A DNA stretch of 59,917 nucleotides, filler included, from Sphacelaria rigidula (lineage: Eukaryota): the NCBI GenBank assembly GCA_964200075.2. It is 10 parts of 10 records of this genome, joined end to end, with 100 filler letters (N's around TTAATTAATTAA, not from the genome) between each part and the next. Parts side by side here need not be neighbours in the genome. Positions count along the whole stretch, not along the records: positions 48,016 to 53,916 come from CAXNAA020023626.1; positions 54,017 to 59,917 come from CAXNAA020023627.1; 8 more parts are not named here. The stretch is one strand, 5' to 3'. This document shows positions 48,244 to 59,917 of the stretch, one piece after another (position 1 is the stretch's first letter; each line of letters begins with the position of its first letter). Under the pieces are notes generated by a model. The model searched no databases and was not told the DNA's origin. It was given only the letters and a program-made list of their open reading frames with translations. Position numbers and translations under genes: made by a program.

Positions 48244-51200
48244 AAGGTGAATGTAAAAAAAATAGTATCTGACGAGAACAAAGTTGCTTCCGGAGGCGAG
48301 AGTAGTGCCCGAGAGAGTACGTCACATGCATCACAGTGGTGCCACTGTAGGGGGTGTACAAGACATTTCTCAGCTTCGCCTTGTTAGGCCGCCGCATATA
48401 CTGTAGCAGATAAAAGCAAATTCTTGAAACGTGTCTTCGAGGACGTTCTACATCCTAAAAAAGAGCTGGGCGGATTTTGACACCTTGAAATGCCTTCCTG
48501 TACTCGTTGGGACGGTTCCGGCAAACATGTGCGTTTTTCCATGGGCCGCAGTTTTTTTCTTGTCCAAACTCGCATTTTTCTTCGAGATCGCTCATTTTTA
48601 CGGAGACCGGTCAAGCTGATAAAAAATCTCAAGCTACTTTCCGCTGTCGCAAAATGCGAATCTTTTCCTTCTCCGGAAAGCGCAAGGACATCCCGGAGTG
48701 GTGACCGCCTTGCAGGGAAGAAGCTTCAACTTCCACATGTCAGAAATACGCCGCTGTCTCTTCATTTTCTTCGAGGCCACAGCATTCCCTTCTTTATCCG
48801 GATGTACATCATTGCGCCAACACATTGTGTGGTCATTCTCCAATTTCCGTTTAGCCGCGGGACTCCACAACATTGCGCAGGCATATTTTGCGTTCACTTT
48901 CCATTATTTGTTTTACCGCGAGATGATGCTCGCGGATGTCTTTCGCTCTTTTACGTTTTTTCACCCCTTTGTGTATTTTCACCCCACTTCCCAATGTATA
49001 AAGAAGCGAAAATTCAAACGTGCACGATAAACAATAGACGGATCAAAAACTCATAGCTTGAGTAATGTAATGAATGCCTCAACCACATCCCCCCTCTGAC
49101 AAATAATTCATCGACTAAATGATAATACCCGATATATGATGAGTTAATCAACAACAGTACTTTTCATACGCTTTTCACCCAGAACGAGATCAAGTTGTTA
49201 ACTCGCAGAGGGGAACATGTCATGCAAGGCAGACAGATGCCAAGCAACTATTCAGCTGGATATGGAGTGTGTTGTTCTATAACAAATGGATATATATATA
49301 TATATAAATAAAGAAATTACAAACATAAATAAATAATCAAGTCATTGAGAACCAAACAGTTGAAAATGGTCGTTAGGATGAATCGTGTTGACGCCTGAGC
49401 ACACACATACATACCGCAATGATACTTGTAGATTGTTGATGTGGCTACTTTACTCGTCTGCGATGATGATGTCATGTACTCCACGAGACAACACTGTATT
49501 AAAGTTTACTCTCTGTGTTTGATAGCCCGCGGATAAATACGTCAATATCAGTCAAGTCTCCTGTTTTTGCCTTCATTTACACGGGTTATGCCCGCCCCCT
49601 TCAATTTTTACTAATGATGCGTGCGCTCTAACTAAAAGGTGGTGTCTACGGAGTTTGGGCCCATAGACGGGTGGAGATCCGCGCAGATCCGCAGATTGAA
49701 AATCCTGGCGGATATCCAGATGTTTTCCGGATGCAACACCGCCGGAGTTCTTACTAGGCATGCTTTCACGGATTTCGGGGCAGATGAATGTTCAAAAGTG
49801 CATGCTGCAGGCACTTTTTACGTCTTCGTGGGTACTTCTCTCGGGTGTGATTCCTTCTACAATTTATGCTTGAACGCACGCCCTTGAGACCATATGGCTC
49901 TGTGAGTGGAGGGAAGCATGGCGGCGTGGCTTATCGAAGCAGTAAATGACTGCACAAGGCATAGGAAACATGCGTCAAACTCACATGATAGCCTGCATCT
50001 GTTGAATGAGAATGAGTGTCACGTACATGAGAGGGGTATCGGCAACGAATCGCATGTTTTTGGATTTCAATTACAGCAAACGAAATTACAAGACAAATTG
50101 GACCAAAAAATGCAATAATTAAATTTGGTCTATGTTCACGTCTGAATTTTCCTAGAATCTATTCCCCTCCCCCCCAAAATCTTCTTTTCGATTTTTTCTG
50201 TGAGAATGGACTTAACTTCTACCGTTGTCTACGGTGAGTTTCCGCTAAGCACCTCGTTTGTTGTTCCCTGCGAGTACCACAGTGTGATTGTGCAGTTGTG
50301 GTTTGCCGTTCAACGAGGAAATAATCGTCAGCGATCGTCTTCGAGTGTGTCTTTGACAATACACAACAGTGAGTTGTACGTAATCGGCTTGGTGTGTCAT
50401 ATCCCACGTTTATTTTCAGCGGCACGGCTGCGGCCAGCAATTGAAAGTGAGGTTGTCAGAAAAGGAGGCTCAAACTTTGCGAAAAATAAGAACAACTTGG
50501 TCAAGTAACACACCTCGAAATTGGACAAGATGAGAAACGTACATATAAAAGGCATCAAGGATGTATGTCCATGCTTTTATCATCTCAGCAATAGGATCAG
50601 GTTATGTAGTGCGGTGTTTCGGCCTCATCCTCGTGCTGGTTCTCACACGTGGGGGGGGGGGCATCACGTTGGCTTCTCGCGAGCGCCGGATAGGCCTGTG
50701 CGGTTGTTTACGTGTTCGTACGGCGGGGGAATCGTTGTCGACAGCCCAAAGAAAATCGGAAACACCTTGGAAACTCAGCAAATAAAATCAAGATACTGCG
50801 AGCATGAGCAGGATGGCGCAGCTCACAAAAGTAAGAAAAATGCCCTGTACCCTGAATAAATCTGCCCGATCCGTCAACCCGGAATGTGAGAAGCTTGAGT
50901 CTAAAAAAAGACGACTTACGCTAGTCTTTGCCCACCAAATTGACGTTCTTTATCTGCGTGCGGGCCGGAAGTGCGTGCTGTGACCCACTCTAAATCTTGC
51001 ATCGCCACGGGTGCTTACGCAAGCCGTCGTACTATACCGTACTGCAAGTCGACCTAGGAGAACCCACCAGTTGGCCTGTTCTGAGAAATGATGCGCGCTC
51101 TGAACCCTGTTGCCGTCCTCGAGCGGAATCAACTCGGGGACGCTCGTAGCCGAAGCCTATCGATGTCGGCAAATAAAGGAAGCGGCAACCGTACAGGCAT

Positions 51201-52784
51201 TCGGAACAAGCAAGCAAGGTGGACGCAAAACGATGATGTACCGACGTGTGCAAAAGATAGCAAGGGTTGGACGAATGAATGATTCGTCTGGTAATTACTT
51301 GATTTTAGTGTAATGGATTCGTACCGTACGAATGAATCCTTAAGGTTTGTTTTCAGCGTTGAAACCCAGGTACGCGCAGCCCAGGCACGCGGAATAGCGC
51401 AAAAAATGCGTGGAGACCTCCTTCATCAGCGGTCAACTTTTTTCTCTCTCTTTAGCCATCAGACCTGAAAAATCGTGGATTTGGTGATTCGATCCGGCGG
51501 TGATGCGTCCGAACCGTGAAATATGGGGAAAAACAAATCCAGGATTCAAATATCGTACAGTATCCATATCCTCTGTGGGTGTGATATTGTACGTGAACAG
51601 TGTGTGAGTACGGACGCCACGTACGCGTGTTTGCTGCCAAAAATTCCTTCTCCGTACAGTAAAATTTACTGTACCTACGAATGAATCCTACCGGGGGCTA
51701 CTGCTGCAGGGCACCTTTGCTGTATGCACCGTGACAGGGGACACAGCGTGCAAAATGAGCTGAACTGATGGAACTAGCAAACTTGAACACAGCATAGCAC
51801 TGTGCGGTGTAGCGATGCTGCAATGACTACTGGGGTAGATTCGAGACATCGGGTTGAAAGACTTCTTCTCTGTGCTGGCATTTGACTCCCGCACTGTACT
51901 CACACGGAACAAACACTGATTGTGGCAATGTAATGCGTACACACAAGCACCCACGTTTACGGAGAAGCCTGCGAGAAAGTCCACCAATCTCAAGCTAGAA
52001 GACTCGCGCACAGGTGATGCGCACATCCTGGGCGCTGTAAGCGTAGCTGTGCCGCCTGTAGGGTGCACGATACCGCTCTCGTGTCTCCCAAAGCACTTCG
52101 CTATTCGATGAAAATCAGTACTGGCGTCTCGTCGCGTTTTGCCCGCCGGTGTCGACTGTTGTTGTTGATGGGCGTGTAAGGTCGATGGGCCGGACGCTGC
52201 CCCCACAAACGCCAGGTACTCAAGACGAGCCGCTGTCGACCGTTGCAAAAACCACATAAAATCCCGGCTGTTGGCGATCTATTGCGTGCGAAACATCGCC
52301 GCACGATCACACATGGCACATCACCTATGGTTGAGCAGTGGGTACGTTTGACCGCTCTCTCTTTTTTCATCATAATATATTTTTCAGACCGGCGGTCAGA
52401 ACATACACCACGTTGTACGCGGAATCAATAGTCATATGCAGCAGAGATGCACACCCCGCTATTCTCTGACGAGAAAAGCACTCCTGCTGTATTTGAATAG
52501 TAAGAAAGCTAGGTAATAATAAAAATGGGGGGAGGAGCTTGCAAGAAATTCATGGCGAGCACAGGCCTAGGATAATGACTAAATCGAATAATGTCGCGTA
52601 AAAAAAGAAGTAACCGCCAATAGGATCTACAGGGCAGTCTGAGCAGTACAACAGCGTAGGATCGTTCAGAAGTGCACACAGTACGACGCAGAATAATACC
52701 GCAGCAAACAGCAGATCGCTGAAGCAACGCACATTGGCGCAAGCCTGGGGACAATACTACAGCCATACTGTAATATAGTCCACT

Positions 52785-52961
52785 ATGGCGAAAGTAGCGA
52801 GTCCCGCCGGAGGAATGGATGCGGAGTTTTTGGTTCGTACAGTGGGAGATCCGTTGTCGGAAGCTCTGACCTCCCTCGTCATCGAACAGCCTGCTGACCC
52901 GATAGAGTTCATCGGTGAGGCGCTTCTGGACTATGTCAAGCGCCGCGAGGAGGAAGATGAG
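52785..52961 (+). CDS. First exon of a Dpy-30-motif protein (DYDC / radial spoke RSP2-like N-terminus)
   Basis: MDAEFLVRTVGDPLSEALTSLVIEQPADPIEFIGEALLDYVK fits the Dpy-30 dimerisation/docking motif. GAG|GTGGGA donor after 59 codons. Without splicing the ORF would end at 53033. Confidence 0.8.
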
Positions 52962-53357
52962 GTGGGATGGGCACGAGACGACCATCGTGCTAAAGGCCGA
53001 GCTCTCAGGAAGGCTCTTGTTAAGCTACAGTGATACCCGTGTTACCCAGTATACTGGAAATATTCGACATTCAACCAACTGTACTGTCGGCACAACATCC
53101 TGCTCATATAAATGCTGAAATGTTGTACGAATAACATAGCACACATTCCGCGCTGATCTTCGTTCATGACAACACCTGGCGCATTGATGCGTACCGAACA
53201 ATCTAGCAGCCGGCTTGGCAAGCTGAATCTCTGGGCCTCTTCAAGTTAGCAGGTGGAAGATGTGACTGCACGCTACAGTGGTTTGTTTGATGGTACTCTC
53301 TACCAACGCTCAACTTTGACTGTTGTGTTTGCCATCATTTACAGAAGTTTATTGTTA

Positions 53358-53640
53358 ACCCTTGGACGACGAGCGAGCGTCGCCTCGGAACAGTTGTACA
53401 GGCTGACAGTTTTGAGACATCCGGGGGTTTCCAGAGCTCGTGGGTGGGGTGGTTTTGAGGGGGGGGGGGGTGTCTCTCCGCGCAGCGTCGGAGAAGCTCA
53501 CGGAGTCAACCATGTGTGTTTGGAATTTTCCCGCGGAAAATTATGAGCCGTGCACGAGGCCCGAGAGACGCGGGATGACCATTCTGACCAATCACGGTCG
53601 TCAAAATAAGCACTTTTGCTACGGTAGAAGTAGACACCTG
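53358..53640 (+). mobile_element. piggyBac-like non-autonomous element, 5' part
   Basis: Begins TTAA|CCCTTGGACG. Homologous pieces at 13214, 15130, 15925 and 22835. Confidence 0.65.
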
Positions 53641-54224
53641 GTAGGCACATTCGCTGTCTACCCTCATGACTCATTCTGAGCATGCCAAATCAACGATATA
53701 TTAAATAACAAAGAAGTAGGTGTTTGAGCATCTTCGATACACTGTGTCTGCCTGTTCAGTACTGCCTGAGCGTCGTACTATTGTAGCTCCACACCTCCAT
53801 CTGGTATAAAACGTCATGGCGCAACACGCGAGCGGCGGCCACGAGTACCCGACGCACGTCGATGTAGACACGTACTTCGACGGTGAGGCGACCGTCATCG
53901 CCGAGCAATTGCTCTANNNNNNNNNNNNNNNNNNNNNNNNNNNNNNNNNNNNNNNNNNNNTTAATTAATTAANNNNNNNNNNNNNNNNNNNNNNNNNNNN
54001 NNNNNNNNNNNNNNNNAGGGGCAGGTGAGCTGGGGCAGGTAGGTTCCTTCATCTGCACGCTTTTTTTGTTTTTTTATGGCCATCATTCGCTCATACTCAT
54101 TGTAGCCCGTGACGTACCGCCACCCATCTAGTTGATGGCCATCGTTCGCCCATTATTCAACATAGTCTGTGAAGTGACGCGACGAAGTCGCCGACGATCA
54201 CGGCAAATTATCATACCGAAGTGA

Positions 54225-54457
54225 TACTCCATACTCAAGTATTACTGAGAGTCCTCTCTCAATATTTGAGTAGAGTATTGGAGGTCGTACTCGATCTACT
54301 AAAAATTTGAGTGACGTATTTAAGACCGTGCTCAACCCATTCAAATCTTGAGTAGAGTACTTGAGGCCGTACTCGACCTGCTCAAAAATTGAGTAGAGTA
54401 AATACTCGGGTATTTTACACGAGTACTCAAAAGTACATACTCAACTCGACCTGCCCT
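54225..54457 (-). mobile_element. MITE-like repeat (AGGGCAGGT-terminus family), copy 3
   Basis: The minus strand begins AGGGCAGGTCGAGTTGAGTATGTACTTTTGAGTACTCG, matching the 3836 and 4983 copies. Confidence 0.65.
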
Positions 54458-55082
54458 TGAAAGAGTGCGCTTTGGCTTCTCGGACCCCGCTGTCACGTGT
54501 TTTGTGTTCTCGGACAAGGGATCTGAGAGACGTGTTCGATTTGTTATTTCGGGTAGATCATGAGTTGTCCGACATGCGAATTGTTTCATGTTTTGTGTGC
54601 CTTACTCCATTGCTGTGTGTGTGTGTGTGTGTGTGTGTGCTTGTGCTTGGTTCTCCTTACTTGTGCCAGCTTTGTAGAAAGGTTCAAACTTGTCGTTCAC
54701 GTGGCCGAAGTGAGTGACCGCGGAAATACGGTACCCTTGGTGAGGGACAAGGTATTGGATCACTACTTTCGCACATGCCCATGACATCCCCTTCTCTAAT
54801 TGCAGGAGGGGGGAGTAGTGTACCGCGGGGAGCGATGTCCCCTAACACATTGAGTACAGGAGTACCCTTCCGACATCCTTAGGAAGGGTACATAAACACA
54901 GAGGTGCAGTGCAGAAACACGGGCAACCCGAACAAGAAGTTTTGGACACGTTTAAAGTACCCTTTGCGGCGCACACGTTCATTCAGGCCGGCATGAACAA
55001 TACAGTCGGAGCTCCTGGATGATGACTCACGTCATCAGTGTTTTCCTTTTGTTTTGTTTACTACGGGCGTTTGGGGAAGTAG

Positions 55083-55185
55083 GCTCACCCGATGTTCAGA
55101 CAGTTTCGAGTGGACATGCTGAAGGATCGCACCATGGTACGGGTTGCGGGGCAGGTGCTGCTTGGCTGTCTGCGCAAGACGGCAG
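55083..55185 (+). CDS. Internal exon of a putative UBR1/PRT6-like N-recognin E3 ligase
   Basis: TAG| acceptor, CAG|GTGAGT donor (phase 1). Reads AHPMFRQFRVDMLKDRTMVRVAGQVLLGCLRKTA. Too short for the ORF track. Confidence 0.6.
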
Positions 55186-56228
55186 GTGAGTAAAAACTAT
55201 GAAGGAGAAAAACATGCACCTGATCGTTGAGAGAAACGAAAAATCATGACAGACTTGGTCGTCGTCGTTTAGTATGTTGTCTCTACAGAGCAAAATCGTG
55301 CCAATTCAAGCGGGTTGAAAAATAAAACAACAGCGGGTTGCGGCGACAAATGGAAAACTAGTCGCACTACAGAGCAGAATCATGCTGACGCGAGCGGCTT
55401 AAAAAGTTACACAACAGCACGAATGGAGAATTAGTTGCACGTGGATTTGTCTCTTTTTTTTCTTGCGTTTACTTTGCCTCTGAGCTGAACGGGGGGGGGG
55501 TAATATAGTGCTCCTCAATTTACGCAAATCATCACGGCAGCACGTGTAGTTCAAGTACGTACGTACATACGTAGAGGATATGTGGACGGGACGGCATATG
55601 CGCGGCGCCTGTCCTGCTGTAGACTGCGTCGTAACAGAACACAATCGTGGATAAAGGACGATCGCAAAACGTGATGCTCCTTCATGAATTGTACCCAAGG
55701 TCATGGCATCATCAGATAACGACGATTTTACGAATGACAACGGCAGCGAGCGAAATCATATATAAAAACGCCCCCACCCCTATCTTTTCCAAGTAGACTT
55801 TGTATTCAGTCAGCCTTTATTCAGAAATCGGCAGTTGCTGGTCCGTGAGTATGCATATCGCAGTTCGGACGTTTTAAGGTGATTGATATGTCATCTTCTG
55901 GGTTATTTTTATCGTTTCATGAGCTGCTTCAAGTGATTTGTGTGCGGGTTATTTGTTTTGTATTGACGTCATGCTCCCTGTCGAACATGTATAAAAACCG
56001 TGCTGTTTTCTTTGTTGTTCTAAAGGCTTTTGCTCTTCGAGGATAGGCCTTAGGTCACGGTTTGCGAGTCGGAGCGAGCGGGCGATGTTTATTTCGGATC
56101 TTAATTGATGCTGCCGTTCATGATAAACAACACCCCCTCTCTTGACTGTGCCGCGCTGTGCCCGCTGTGCTGTACAATGCCCTGCTGCACTCTCTTGTGG
56201 AACCCATCTATCAACTCTGGGATAACAG

Positions 56229-56433
56229 GACGGTCTCGGGATACGATGTTACTCCGTGCATTGCACCTCCTCACCCTCGGGGTCCACGTGTTCACGGGGC
56301 ACAATCTGAACGATGCTCCTGCCTCAGGAGATGCAGGGGGGTGGCAGAAGGGGCCATCGCAGCAGCAAGAGCAGCAGCGGCACGACGGAGCTGCTGCGGG
56401 GAAAATGGGTAGAAATACCTCGGCAGAATCGAA
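56229..56433 (+). CDS. Next exon of the putative UBR1/PRT6-like E3 ligase
   Basis: CAG| acceptor in phase 1, |GTGAGA donor. RSRDTMLLRALHLLTLGVHV resembles the helical L-x-x-A-L-H-L-L-x-L segment upstream of the RING in UBR1/PRT6 (recognised from memory). Confidence 0.6.
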
Positions 56434-57064
56434 GTGAGATGTTCATGTGTATCCGTGTTGTATGGTCCGTCCAGGACAAACCCGTTTTTCAGTCTTTTGG
56501 TCGTAACTTTCGAAAAAAACGATTTGTAAAGTAAAACAGCGATGTTGGTCACGGGGGGGGATTGAGTCACATCGATCACAGCGGAGGTTTCGTTGTACAT
56601 GCAACATTTTGGGGCGTAATTTCCCCCCCGAAATCACCCTCGAAGTGTCTCATTTTCACTCTCGATGGGGGAAATTTTCCCCCGATTTTTCTCGAGATAC
56701 ATCAACAGTTCGAGGACGTCGTTGTTCATATGCCATGATATTGTGATGCATACATTCATGGTATTATTGAAATCGGAACATGATGCAAATCATACCTATG
56801 CCGTAAGCGGCAGGACAAAATGGAGAATTTCTGATGGAGTTTCGTTTTCGTTCAAATACAAAAAAACTTGGGGGATTGCGGCACTTCTGATTGGAAGCAA
56901 TAGGTTGAGTTTCGTGTAAAAAAGCGAACAAGATGACCTCATCGATGCGCTTTTTCGTCAGAAACATCGTCGATTTTTGCTCTTTCACGAATTTGAGTAT
57001 CGCGTTCCTACACGCGCGTAGCGTTTCATCGTGGCGTCATTGGACTTGTACGTCACTGTCGGGA

Positions 57065-57252
57065 GATTGCAATTTCCCTGTTCCCGGCACTACCTCAATA
57101 TTTCACTATCCAAATCATCAGTACCCGCACCCGGTCATCAGCTCTGACTTATTCGTCACTATCGGCAGATTGAAATTCCCCCGTTCTCGGCAATACCTCA
57201 ATATTTCACTATCCAAATAATCAGTGCCCATACCCGGTCATCAGCTCCCGAC
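57065..57252 (+). repeat. Two-copy direct repeat, period ~103 bp
   Basis: tacctcaatatttcactatccaaat.atcagt.ccc..acccggtcatcagctc occurs twice. Confidence 0.85.
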
Positions 57253-57944
57253 ATCTTAATCGAGGTAGAACTCCACAGTAATTTTGCGGGCAAAGTCAAT
57301 CAGCCCCGTGCTCGCCGCTAATACTTTCTCGTTCATCCTGAAAATCTATTCCCATGAACAAAATTCGTTCTGGAATAAAAAAAAACGGTATCACAATATG
57401 TATATAAATGTATATATCCCCGACACAAAATAACCAATAAGTCGAACTCTTCCATCACCAATAAGTCGGACACTGAACACATGAGTCGAAAAAGGAAAGC
57501 GAATCCTGTGGAAAATAAGCTATGTAGTCACGCACAGAGGTCGCGAACTCATCTGTTTTGGCAATCGAAATCTACAAATACACTGACTTTTCCCATCTAT
57601 GCTTTTCACCCGGTGAAGGTTTTGTTTCAATGATTCGTTGATTCCCACCCTTGCTCGATATTATCAACTCAGTTTCCTCCGGAATGGATCAAGAACAATT
57701 AAAAATGAATGCACAATGGAAATCCTCTCTGCCTCCTCGATTTCAACATGGCACTCCGATCACACTATATGAGTCTCCGACACTCGAACGCTTCGAGACT
57801 TATCGTCAACATCACAAAAGGAACTTGCCGCGTCCTTCAAAACCGATCTGACATACCGTCCGTCTTCAGTACGGCCGACATCAAGCGATAGTCTTCAGTC
57901 ATGGCTTACGGAGATCGCCATACGATAGCCCTGCTACCATGCTC

Positions 57945-58870
57945 AGCGAAAACTTCCTCCCTGTGATTCGGACCCTACGTGATTAGTCGAAATATCGTAT
58001 CGTTCCTTGCTACCAGCTCCCTGATGAACTGATGCCTCACGTCAATGTGCTCAGAGTTAGAATTCGTGTTGGGATTTTGTGCGAGCTGAATAGCTTGCTG
58101 TTTATTTTCTCGATCACAGGGATGCACGGCATTGCTATCTGCGGCAACATCAAACGCCAAAGCTTCTAAAAAACAGTACCTCCTCGATGATGTCAGTACT
58201 GGCGACGTGTTCTGGCTCGGTTGTAGACAACGTCACACACTTCTGAGTCCTAGAAAACCAAAACATACAGTGTTCCCCTGATACCGACGGCCTAGTTCCT
58301 GCCTTACTTGCGTAGTCGGCATCGGCAAACACCTGAAAGCTCGATCCCTGCATGCTATTTCTACGAGAAGTCATCCCCGGCGAACTTGCTCACTTCACAT
58401 ATCCCAACATTCCAGGTGCAGCACGCCAACCAACGAGTTTAGGTGAGGCGCAGTGCCCTGCTACTGCACGCACTGCGCTGGAAATGTCTGGCCTTGTTTG
58501 AGTTGCCAGTCACGTCAGCGAAAATATCAGTGCTTGCTCCTCTACACCCTACTCAAGCTTTTCACACCAGCAGCGATGGGGATACTCTTCCCCCACTCTA
58601 CACCGTACTCCCTTGTTAACTCTTCTTTTTGCCTTCTTCTGCTGTGATACATGCAGAGTCCTTCTCTCGACGTCTCTCTTGTAATACAGTCCGGAATACC
58701 AACGCAAATCCCCGAGGTTCTGCCAACCTCGTCGCATCTCCCCCCCTCTCCTACCGCAAATATGTCGCCTACATGTACTGCTATGGTGATCGTCACCCTA
58801 CCATCCTCCATAAAGCGAAACATGCACGAGACCACCAGGCGCTGATCGAACAGGTTGAATGTTTAAACAG
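57945..58870 (-). mobile_element. Decayed Ty1/copia reverse transcriptase-RNase H
   Basis: Contains IAVHVGDIFAVG (degenerate YVDD), LGDLRWYSG, FADADYAS, WFSRTQKCVTLSTTEPE and AIQLAQNP...SEHIDVRHQFIRELV. Many frameshifts. Confidence 0.92.
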
Positions 58871-59064
58871 TCCGATTGATGTATTCTATACAATTTGTGA
58901 CCGCGGTTGAATATATCCAAATACAATGCCAGAATGTTGGTTGCTCAGCGTGATTGACCCAACTAGGCGAGGATATGCGCATACCCACCACCCACAGCAC
59001 CGGCAGACCTAGCAGAAGTCCAGGTTTTACGAGAGTAGTGTACACCCCAAGAGACTAATTAGCG

Positions 59065-59134
<70 letters not shown>

Positions 59135-59309
59135 GCGGCGCCCGAGCCCGACCCCCCCCCCCCCCACCCTCNNNNNNNNNNCCCCCCCCCCCCCCCCCCG
59201 GCCGACCAACCAAAAATCACGGTTTTCCGGGGGGAGTTTTCCCCCCAAGCGACAAATTGGCCCCCCCCCCCCCCCCCCCCTCCCACGCGCGCGCACGCGC
59301 GCGCACGCC

Positions 59310-59917
59310 CCATTTTGAGGGTTGGCGTCGGTGGCCAACGACGCAGTAACTCACACCACTCACTGCGTAAGCTAGGCAACCAGGTCCCCGTTTTTTTTCC
59401 CGCTCGCGTGTTTTCGCGGCAACCGTGATGGGGTCAACCTAGATCATGTTGTGCAGAGTGGGAAAACCCGAAGTTCGCGTAGAGCAGATGATGGTACTAC
59501 GTACTGTTGAAATGATGAGACACCCATGAGGCAGTGCTTAAGACGTGGCTGTCTCTGGAAGTGGCGATACCAAAAAATGAAGCAACTTATTGAAGGCTGG
59601 CATCCATGTGCAAATAGTCGGTAAGCTTCGGCCCGAACAATCTCAGCAGGATGCAGCTCACCCTTCGTGCGACTCGCCGAGCACATCACGGCGCTTCGCG
59701 CTGGGTTATGGTTTGTGAGCCTGGTCCGGCGAAAACCCGGCATGCTCCGTCCCGGCTTTGTGGAGATGTGAGATCAATGGTCACATGACTATGGCATGCA
59801 AGATCATGAGTACCCCCCCCCTCCCCCCCGTAGTTGGACCTGGTCCGGCGAAAACCCGGCGTGCTCCGTCCTGGCTTTGTAGGGATGCGAGGTCAATGGT
59901 CTTATAGTACCCCCCCC
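59310..59917 (-). mobile_element. Long form of the GGGGGGTACTCAT-head repeat, with a partial tandem duplicate (59835-59917)
   Basis: The reverse complement is colinear with 39423-39945. cctggtccggcgaaaacccggc occurs twice. Confidence 0.8.

Noticed and set aside
51688..52257. 189-aa minus-strand ORF divergent from the Dpy-30 gene
   Set aside because: No recognisable motif or convincing splice partner. It cannot be supported from sequence alone.
53816..53916. ORF start MAQHASGGHEYPTHVDVDTYFDGEATVIAEQLL at the contig end
   Set aside because: Only 33 codons are visible. It cannot be linked to the Dpy-30 exon or identified.
59065..59285. Long poly-C/poly-G tracts (also 6070-6117, 15317-15350) as G-quadruplex elements or Gly/Pro-rich ORFs
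   Set aside because: They lie next to gaps or contig ends. Homopolymer lengths are unreliable and may be sequencing artefacts.

Overview
Eukaryotic, repeat-rich DNA, most likely from a brown alga or another stramenopile. That assignment is inferred from the transposon families and the Gly-rich, intron-split genes; it is not proven. The window is not one locus. It is ten unrelated, size-sorted contigs (7 x 5902 bp, 3 x 5901 bp) joined by artificial 100-bp N44-TTAATTAATTAA-N44 spacers, so gene neighbourhood across spacers has no meaning. Host gene fragments: a 3-exon minus-strand gene with an unnamed globular domain (36461-39367), a Dpy-30-motif first exon (52785-52961) and two exons of a UBR1/PRT6-like E3 ligase (55083-56433). 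LTR elements: a decayed Ty1/copia carrying two Sola-like MITE insertions, a second copia RT/RNase H remnant, three Ty3/gypsy integrase pieces, and a head-to-tail tandem of a gag-only non-autonomous LTR element with a shared LTR. Other repeats: four copies of a tRNA-derived SINE, a hAT-like non-autonomous element with a TSD, several piggyBac-like and other MITE families, and microsatellites. I found no CRISPR array, rRNA or genuine tRNA gene, and no clear multi-gene novel system. The best leads are the tandem gag-only LTR element, the unnamed phage-like domain in a spliced gene, and the Sola-like MITEs.
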